Shown here in pieces: positions 63,836 to 64,000 of a stretch of DNA of 64,000 nt. The stretch is from Lama guanicoe (lineage: Eukaryota): assembly GCA_013239625.1 (NCBI GenBank), contig MU053881.1, positions 3,410,001 to 3,474,000 of the forward strand. The letters are read 5' to 3'. The position numbers and the translations under genes were made by a program. The notes under the pieces are model-generated. The model saw nothing but the letters and a program-made list of their open reading frames with translations. It was not told where the DNA came from and ran no database searches. How positions within the stretch are numbered: the first letter of the stretch is position 1; each line of letters begins with the position of its first letter.

Positions 63836-64000
63836 GATCAGGTCTGGCCTAATTTATTACTACAACTAAGTAAAGCACAGATGGACCAACAATCACATAG
63901 AGATAGACTGTTTTCTGTTCCAGTCATGAACTTGTCCCCATGTTTCTTTTATTCTTATGATGAAGAACAATTGGCTCTGATGAGATGACCAGGTTGCAAA

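Noticed and set aside
1-64000. CRISPR array, prokaryotic operon, CpG-island promoter or named host gene
   Set aside because: There is no repeat-spacer structure, the DNA is CpG-depleted and mammalian, and no exon is identifiable. The locus cannot be named without alignment.

Overview
Non-coding mammalian genomic DNA, either a gene desert or the interior of a long intron. It is most likely from a camelid: a tRNA-Ala(AGC)-derived SINE of the camelid Vic type lies at 51349-51507, and the young L1 3' ends are artiodactyl-type. I found no credible protein-coding exon, functional tRNA or rRNA gene, or CRISPR array, and the ORF track is consistent with chance ORFs. The window is dominated by interspersed repeats: many MIR and L2 fragments, old and young L1s, MaLR/ERVL/ERV1 solo LTRs, hAT MITEs (MER5A, MER63, MER94, MER91, MER103, MER3), a CR1 fragment and microsatellites. 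Six N-gaps fall mostly inside young L1 3' regions. Several repeat-free, motif-dense blocks look like candidate enhancers. The most notable observations are: (1) a non-TE 125-129 bp element present twice 4.1 kb apart, with a conserved YY1/CTCF-like core; (2) a MER41-like LTR carrying GAS (STAT) motifs; (3) a 246 bp tandem duplication whose breakpoint abuts a four-tract G-quadruplex motif; (4) a four-layer MIR/L1/L1/L1 nest; (5) a twin-primed L1. I cannot support a claim of a new biological system from sequence alone. Repeat family names come from visual recognition of consensus motifs, and boundaries of old repeats are approximate.
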